Shown here: positions 55,955 through 64,000 of the stretch, in pieces
Position numbering within the stretch: position 1 is the stretch's first letter
How the letters are laid out: every line of letters begins with the position of its first letter
Origin: Eledone cirrhosa
Lineage: Eukaryota
Assembly: GCA_964016885.1 (NCBI GenBank)
Contig: OZ024740.1
Location: 187,426,001-187,490,000, forward strand
DNA length: 64,000 nt
Reading direction: 5' to 3'
The notes under the pieces: model-generated
The model's database searches: none
What the model saw: the letters and a program-made list of their open reading frames with translations, nothing else
Told to the model about the DNA's origin: nothing
Made by a program: the position numbers and the translations under genes

Positions 55955-57705
55955 TCATCATCATCATCATCATCATCGTTTAACGTCCATCTTCCACGCT
56001 TGCATGGGTTTGGACGGGAGTTTTCCCACTTGAGGCAAGATTTGTTGTCCTGCTCGTATAGGACTGTCTGGCGGGTTTTCTACGGCTGGATGACCTTCCT
56101 AACACCAACCACGTTTACAGTGTGGACTGGGAGGTTTTTACTGTGTTACCTACACGGCCACATTACAGCGTGGACTGTGTGTTTTTTTTTTGTTGTGACA
56201 CCTACTCAACCTCATTTGGTTCGGACTGGATGTTGTGGTACCAACATAACTTCACATTTAAGGGGGTGGTGTGGATAGGGTGGGGGTAGTGGCACGGGGG
56301 TGTATTTTGTTAGAGGTGCTTACTTACTGTAGTAGGTTTCGCTTTGTACTTAGGTAAGGCGGGTCTTCTGTATGACTGTGTAGCGCCAAAGATCTCGGTC
56401 CAGTGACATTGTCTTGGAGAGGTGTAAGTGTGTGAGGTCGGAATTTATCAAGTCGTCCCAGGTTTTTCTGGGTCTGCCTACTCCGTGGCTACCATCTATT
56501 TTTATCGCCCTGCACTTTTTTATACAGCTGTCATCTTTCATGCGCATCATGTGACCATACCAACGTAGTCTTCTTTCGAGTAAACAACATCTGATCCCTC
56601 TTATTCATAATTTCTCCCTTAGTTCGTTTATGCCTTGCCGTTCATGTATATTACTATTACACATCCAGCGGAGCATGCAAGCTTCGTTTCTCTCCAGTCT
56701 GTGTATATCCTCTGCACACAATGCCCAGGTCTCACTGCCATGTAACATTGCTGTTCGTATGCAGGCATCATACAGCCTGCCTTTCATTTTTAGAGAGAAC
56801 CCTTTAGCGGCCAATAGTGGTATAAGCTCTCTGAACTTTTTCTATCCCATTGTGACTCTAGCTAAGGTACTTTCAGAGCACCAGGTAACGGAAGGTGTCC
56901 ACTATTTCTATAGAACCATCTGTGCAATGGAATGAGCTAGTATTCTGTGGGCACTTGCTGCTACTTATTGCACCAGCGCACCAACCACATATAAAATCTA
57001 TATTCTTAGTTAGCTTACCTGTGATCCCACTACATCTTTTATGCACCCATACTTTGCATTTGGGACATAAAATGGAGTTTCTGCCTACTCCCTTCCTACA
57101 CACTGAGCATGGCCATTTCCCAGATGGGACCGGTGCCCTATTTTCCTTCCTACAAACTAGAACTTTAGTCTTAGACAAGTTAACTTTAAGGCCTTTTGAT
57201 TCTAGGCCATGCTTCCATGTTTGGAATTTCTTCTCTAGTTCAGCCATTGATTCAGCTATGAGCGTTAGATCATCTGCATATAGGAGTTCCCATGGGCAGC
57301 TGGTCTTGAACTCCTCTGTTATAGCCTGAAGGGCAATAATAAATATATCACAAGCCATTCATCAACACCTAGATTTTTAAGCGCCCACCAGATAATGGAA
57401 CGGGGGACTCTGTCAAAGGCTTTCTCCAGGTCAACAAAAGCTAAGTATAGGGGGTTTACTTTTAGCTAGGTACTTCTCCTGTAGTTGTTGTACAATTAAA
57501 AGAGCGTCTGTGGTACTTTTACCTGACACAAACCTGAACTGCATTTCATCTAGATCAATTCGTTCTCTGATTAGTTGCGCTGTTACTTTTTCTGTGACCT
57601 TCATGACCTGGTCGATTAATTTAATGCCTCTATAGTTACCCCTATCAAGAGCATCTCCTTTACCCTTGTAGCAGTTAATGGCCCCATTCTGTATGACTTT
57701 GTTTA

Positions 57706-57706
<1 letters not shown>
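55955..57706 (-). mobile_element. RTE-clade LINE, 5'-truncated, internally deleted and frameshifted (RT, PHD-like finger, thumb, long 3' UTR, (GAT)n tail)
   Basis: NYRGIKLIDQVMKV, QFRFVSGKSTTDA, FVDLEKAFDRVPR, LLYADDL, MLHGSETW, RLRWYGHM, GRPRKTW; 3' UTR ends ggacgttaaac(gat)n. Confidence 0.95.
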
Positions 57707-57750
<44 letters not shown>

Positions 57751-57815
57751 ACCGAATTTCTGACTGATAAGGTTGAATCTACATGGGTACGTCTTTATTT
57801 AGAAAACAAACTTTG

Positions 57816-57880
57816 TATTTTAACTGATTAAAGCGCACCAAGATTGGCTTAGTTGCTCTTGAAATATATATAATAAAATA
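57816..57880 (+). ncRNA. Degenerate type I hammerhead motif
   Basis: tattttaa CTGATTA aagcgca...tgctctt GAAA TATATA TA ataaaata; G8 is mutated to T and the helix I closing pair is mismatched. Confidence 0.55.
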
Positions 57881-57914
57881 AATATGGTTTTATAAATATA
57901 GTTTCCATTTGTAG

Positions 57915-58118
57915 GCGCCACGAAAAAGCACCCAGCACTCACTGTAAATGAGGTTGGTGTTAGGAAGGGCATTCAGCTGTAGAAATCCAGCCAAATCAGT
58001 TCCTGTATGAGCAAGGCATGGTCAGCCGACCAGAAACTGCCCACAACAGGACAACCCGTCTAACCCATGCTAGCGTGGAAGAACGGACATAAAACGGTGA
58101 TGATGATGATGATGATGA
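57915..58118 (+). mobile_element. RTE 3'-UTR/SINE D fragment
   Basis: gccacgaaaaagcacccagcactcactgtaaatgaggttggtgttaggaagggcattcagctgtagaaa...acccatgctagcgtggaa...(gat)n. Confidence 0.85.
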
Positions 58119-59136
58119 TTTATTTAATATCATGGTATATATATATATATATATCATATAATTATGGAAAGTTGGTTGGTCAGATAATCCACCGACTTTT
58201 GTCATAAACAGAGGTAAAGCACTCTATGATTTGTATTCCTTAAAGTGTTATTGATAGGCTATCACCCAGAATGTCAATATTATAAAGAACAGAGATGGCT
58301 TTAAATGTAGATCCTCTGTTTATTACATAATCTTATACGTATTTCGAAACGTCAAAGTGATTGCATCTGACTTTTGTTGTAAACAGCTTATTATGCAATC
58401 AACTTGAAGTCTTTGAAATACATACAACAGGATTATATAATAAAGAGAGGAGGTACATTTTAAACCGTCTCTCTTCTTTATAATATTTATATATATATAT
58501 ATATATATATGCGTGTGCATATGTCTGTCTGTCTGTACATGCACAAATGCAGCCTTTAATCTTACTCAGTTTCTGTTAATATGCACTCAACAACCATTAT
58601 ATAAAATTTCATTTTCATTTTATATTTCTCTCTAATAATTTGATCAACTTAGAAAAATTGACAAATATATCAATCTTCAAACAAATTGTTTCATCTATCT
58701 AGTCTCTACTCTATTAATTCTATGAATTGGGTGAAAATAATACGCATCAAAATAATATAAAGTAAAATAATAAAGGGTTTAAGATCATTAAGCGAAATAA
58801 TTTTAATATTGATTTCTAATTTTAGCACAAAACCAGAATTTGTTGTCTTTGTGGGGGGCAAAGGATATTTGATTAAATCAATTCAGTACATGACTTTTAT
58901 TTTTATTTTATCAATTCCAGAATGATCAAAGCAGTAATTTTAGTCAGATTTGAACACAAAATGTAAAGTGCCATGATTAAAAACTGCAAGGCATTATGTA
59001 TTTAGATATTAGGGCAATCTTTAGAGTGTTGGACAAATGCTTTGTAGTATTGGTTCTGGCTATTTATGTTCTGAGTCAACTAGCCTTTCATACTTTCTAG
59101 GCTGACGAAACAGTATACCAGTAAAGTACTACTATA

Positions 59137-59430
59137 GAAAGTCCGTCTTGAGCCTGGAGGTTCAACAGGCCAGTGCTGGTTATCCTGGTTTCCATGGCGT
59201 TAAGTAACTCAAGTTCAAAACTTCCCCCTGGGCAGGATGCCAGTGGACCACAGGTTTAAATCTCCAGCTATTGCTGGTATATATTTTCAGCTGAGTATAC
59301 TGGAACAATGTGACATGAAGTATTTTGACTCCTGTATGCTATAAGGAACAACACACAACCCAATCCCGGAATCAAACCTATGACATTCTGATTGTAACTC
59401 CAACACCCTTATCACTACGTTATGTGCCTC
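59137..59430 (-). mobile_element. SINE B inserted into an old SINE A (59010-59135 and 59435-59502)
   Basis: Complete SINE B on the minus strand; SINE A central domain to its left and SINE A tail (ggccttgtgcctaaattagaaaccatt) to its right. Confidence 0.8.
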
Positions 59431-59694
59431 TAATACAGGCAATATAATCGACATTCCCTTCCTGATGGATTGCTGGCCTTGTGCCTAAATTAGAAACCAT
59501 TATGTATGTAGACATTGTTGTACCAATCTAATAGAGAAAAGAACAACAGTTTCATTGATGCAACTCAAAGCACTTATTTATTATTTGCTAAAAGCCAAAA
59601 TAAGTTCTGTGTTAGCAAGACTTCACCTGGCTTAATTCACGAGAGGAATCGTCTAATCCATGGTAGCATGGAAAATGGATGTTAAACAATGAGG

Positions 59695-59741
<47 letters not shown>

Positions 59742-59748
<7 letters not shown>

Positions 59749-60296
59749 GAATATAAAATGAAAGTGCTTTTTTTAAAAAAAAGGAATTTATTAGGTATTG
59801 ACATATGTTTCTGTAACAGACGGAACACCTATGTATCGCTGCTTGCGTAATCATATAATGTTAGCAAGTATTCGATAGCAAATGTATAATAAGTTGTCAC
59901 TTCTTCAGAGATTTTGGATAAATTGGAAAAAATCAGAAAAATTGAAGTATTTATATTAGTTGTAAGAAAGGAAGAAGAGAGGGGATATTATATGACAAAT
60001 GGTAATTCAATTTACTGCTAAACAAGTATATAAAGGGTTTCTAATGAGAATACAATGAGTAAATGGTTTATTTTATCTAAATAAGAATTTTTGGGAGTGC
60101 CTATTTTAATCTATACTTGACCAATTGAACAATGGACAGGGCTGGTCATTTGGTGTAGTAGTATTAATTATAAAGTGTCAATTAAGGAAGGGGGAGATTT
60201 TGACTGCTACTGAATAACATCAATGCTAGTAGCCAGCTGGTATATGCATTAGGGCATTGAATTAAGAAATGTCATTTTATCTATAGCAGTTTATAT

Positions 60297-60339
<43 letters not shown>

Positions 60340-60412
60340 TAAATATATATATATATTTGTAAATGTACATTTGTAAATATATATATATACATATATATAT
60401 ATTACTGAATTG

Positions 60413-60463
<51 letters not shown>

Positions 60464-60895
60464 AAATGTATATTTGTAAATATATATATATACATATATA
60501 TATTTATTAAAATAACAGATTAAAGTTTAAGCAAAGAATTGCTGCTTTCACCCTTAACGGGATCTTCTGAAACTAATACTTCAATTTTTCTGATTTTTTC
60601 CAATTTATCCAAAATCTCTGAAGAAGTGACAACTGATTATACATTTGCTATCGAATACTTGCTAACATTATATGATTACGCAAGCAGTGATACATAGGTA
60701 TTCCGTCTGTTACAGAAACATATGTCAATACCTAATAAATTCCTTTTTTTTAAAAAAAGCACTTTCATTTTATATTCATCTTTTCTACATTTTCTCCGGA
60801 ATATAATTTATACTCGTTGAGCAAACCTACACGTACGCTGTTAATCTCTAACGTAACGATATATTATCACTACATTATTGATAACCTGAAATTTA
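59742..60895. mobile_element. Putative Penelope-like remnant with 210-bp inverted pseudo-LTR pair
   Basis: 59742-59951 is the reverse complement of 60575-60784 (3 mismatches seen); each copy has CTGAAGA...GAAACATATGTC and aataaa; (TA)n at both outer ends. Confidence 0.65.
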
Positions 60896-60918
60896 TATAT
60901 ATATATATATATACATAG

Positions 60919-60950
<32 letters not shown>

Positions 60951-61099
60951 GACACGACAAAAAGAACTCAGCATATACTGTAAATGTGGTTGCCATTAGA
61001 AAGGGCATCCAGCTGTAGAGACCAAGCCCAAATCAGATTCAGGTGAGTGAAACACCGTCCTCTGACCTGATTCTCTCCCAGTGAATATTAATAATGCCT

Positions 61100-61131
<32 letters not shown>

Positions 61132-61668
61132 AGGCATTATTAATATTCACTGAAGTATTTGAACTAGTGTCCTCGTTTTTGTTCTTATAACCACAATGTT
61201 TCAGTGAATGTATCCTCTGGGCTTCTTAGGCAGTTTCTTTTTTCCTCTGGAGTTAATTTAATCGACAGGGGCAGATTGGATGAAAAGTTTATTTGAAATT
61301 ATGAGAACATTACCAGATATGATAGACAGAAGAAAGCTTGCAGATCAATGAACAAAACATTGAGGCTATAACAAATTACATGAGAACACTTGTCTGAATA
61401 TATCAGTATAGAAAATATATTCATTTACTGGCGGCGGAAACTTTCCACTTGTACCAAGCACGGTTTCTCATTTTGTGTCCTATCACAGCACTTGACCTAT
61501 TGACTAGCTTGAAAACTGAAGTTGTAACAGAACAGAGTGAAGCATCAGCTTCCAGTAAATGAGAGAGTAAACTCAACAACATACATCTGAAGTCTAAAAC
61601 ATACATAAACACACACATATACATATATATACCCCTGCTTGCAGGGAAAGTAGACATTTAAATGACAA

Positions 61669-61723
<55 letters not shown>

Positions 61724-63284
61724 CATACATACATACAATGGCAGCAGGAGATATCTAGAAAATATCTACATTAAGAAAATAGATCATGTACTACAATAAT
61801 ATTACAAATGCTGATGTAAGAATTTATAAGTAAAGGATTTTGTATGAATGTCATTGTTCTATTTTTTATATTTTGTGAATATTTTAGAAAATAATTTATG
61901 CTTGAAATTCTAATCAGAACAATAGAACATTTTTTTTTTTTTATGTATCATTGCATGAAAATATGTTTATTTCTCTCTATGCATTCTTATTTTATTTATT
62001 TTATTTTATTTAGTATTGTACAAATGTGGTTGTAGACATGACAAGAATAATATGAGATAATTTTATGACAAGTTTACAAAATCATTGAAAATCTAAACCA
62101 AAACCATGCAGAAAGATGCATTTACTTTCCTACTTTCAGTAAACAAATTACGTTTGCTAGTTATATTAAATTTTCAAGTGACTAATTATGATTACACAGT
62201 TCTTTTGTCTTTCTTTTCAAATATTCTTCTGTACAGACTGAATTGTGGCATGCATATGTAATCGCTTACAGCTTCCTTATAGCATACAGGAGTCATTTTT
62301 CTGTCTACAGAATTTAACTCATAGACATTTTACATATTGATAATGTTGTCTTGGTGCCATAGATTTCTTACTGTGAATAATTACTCCAGAGAAATTAAAT
62401 GAGGTAGTCTAAATTAGTTTTCAAACAAGGCGTTGTTTCATTAATTCAAAATGTTAGTTACTTGTATAGAGAAAAATGTTTTCTAATTTATATCATTGCT
62501 AACTTTCATCTGTCTTTTAGATATTTCTAATATTAACCCCTGCATTTTAGAAACAACTTTTATCTGGAATTGAACAACATAGGTACATTATACAGCATAG
62601 AAATTAAGGAACATTAGGTCAGGGTAGGGTTATTAAATATATGGAATGTCCTTGTGTTGCAAGAATCATATTTCTTTGGCTTATTTTGAATCTAAGACAT
62701 AGGTTTATGATTACTTAGTTTTCTTTTATCTTGTATGTATTCCAAATACAATTTATCAGTGCTGAAATATATTCTATAGAATAGTATTGGAACAACTAGC
62801 TGATGTACTTGTTGACTTAATACACAGACACAAGCACACAACTATATATATGTATGCATGCATGAATATATATATATAATGTGTGTGTATTTGTTGATCA
62901 ATATAGATATGTGTGTTACTGTTACTAATACTGAAGTAAACACTAATTCATTCTATCAAACTGCTGTAGGGCCAAAGACAGTAAATAAGTAAAAATAAAT
63001 AAATAAATAAAGACATCATAATATTGGATTTTAGTTTTAATTATCCATGATACGGTACAAAAATTGGAACTTTCATTTAATTACATTTTAAGCTTCTTGA
63101 AACCAAAGTAAGAATTTCCAAAAGTAGATAATCAGAATATATTTTCTCTAAATAGATCCCTGTTTTATATCTCATATCACCCCTTTGAACTTACCCCTTT
63201 AGATTTCCTTCAATTTTATTTATTCTATTCTGTTTTCAAAGCTTTGGTTACATTTGTTAGCAAAATTGTATAGCTTTAGCTTAA

Positions 63285-63706
63285 AAGCATCCAGTCTTCA
63301 CTGTAAGGTGGTCTTATCGGTGATTCAACAAAAAACACCCACTCTACCATGTAAGGTGGTTGTTGGTGACACAACAAAGAGCATTCAGTCTAACCTGTCA
63401 GTTAGCCATGCTGGTGACACAACAAAAAGCACTCAATCCATCCTATAAAGTGGTTATGCTGGTGGCATAACAAAAAGTACCCAGTTTACTCTGTAGGGTG
63501 TCTGTGTTGGTGCCATGATAAAAGGCATCCAGTCCACATTGTAACATGGTTGGCATTAAGAAGAGAGTCCAGATGTAGAAACCAAGTCAAAATACAGATC
63601 CATATGAGCATGATGTGATCTCTGGACCTGCCTTTTCTCATAATGTGACAGCTCATCTGATCCATGCAAGCATGAAAAATAGACGTTAAATGACGATGAT
63701 GATGAC
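63285..63706 (+). mobile_element. RTE 3'-UTR fragment with about 5 tandem 48-bp units
   Basis: g(c/t)tggtg units at 63362, 63410, 63458 and 63506, then ggttggcattaagaagagagtccagatgtagaaacc and tail agacgttaaatgacgatgatgat. Confidence 0.85.
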
Positions 63707-64000
63707 AGATCCATGTTTCATTTCTTATATAAAAGGATCTTTGAACTTACCCATCTGTTATTTATTATATTCTTTTATTCAAAGCTTTGTTCACATTTGT
63801 TAACAAAGTTTTATAGTTTTAGATTATACTTCATGGAAATACTTTAAAACGTATGCCTAATCCAAAATCTATTCGAAGAAGATATATGATGTAATAAAAT
63901 TATTTTAGCATACAGATATGGTAGAATGCTTAAGACATTTAGTTTGCAATCATGATGTTTTCTATTCAATCCCACTGCATAACACCAAGAGTAATTTTTT

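Noticed and set aside
63290-63545. Regularly spaced 48-bp units resembling a CRISPR array
   Set aside because: Whole units are degenerate tandem copies without unique spacers, within an RTE 3' UTR in eukaryotic DNA.

Overview
AT-rich, repeat-saturated eukaryotic DNA that reads as intergenic or deep intronic. No cellular protein-coding gene, rRNA, true tRNA gene or CRISPR array can be supported, and nearly all listed ORFs are translations of (TA)n/(CA)n/(ATC)n microsatellites. The repeat content (tRNA-derived SINEs, RTE LINEs with (GAT)n tails, very long (TA)n) is what I associate with cephalopod (Octopus-like) genomes; this is inference. Recognisable content: four SINE families, a 5'-truncated RTE LINE with a PHD-type zinc finger inside its RT plus other RTE fragments, an L1/Tx1 3' end, two R4/Dong-like endonuclease remnants, a decayed hAT remnant and several MITEs. 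The most notable unexplained signal is a set of type I hammerhead-ribozyme motifs with palindromic helix III (best at 35716-35786 + and 36672-36765 -). They sit in short elements whose 3' ends usually run into (TA)n and which repeatedly carry fold-back inverted duplications, consistent with Penelope-like or retrozyme elements that target (TA)n. All coordinates and pairings were read by eye, so element boundaries are approximate.
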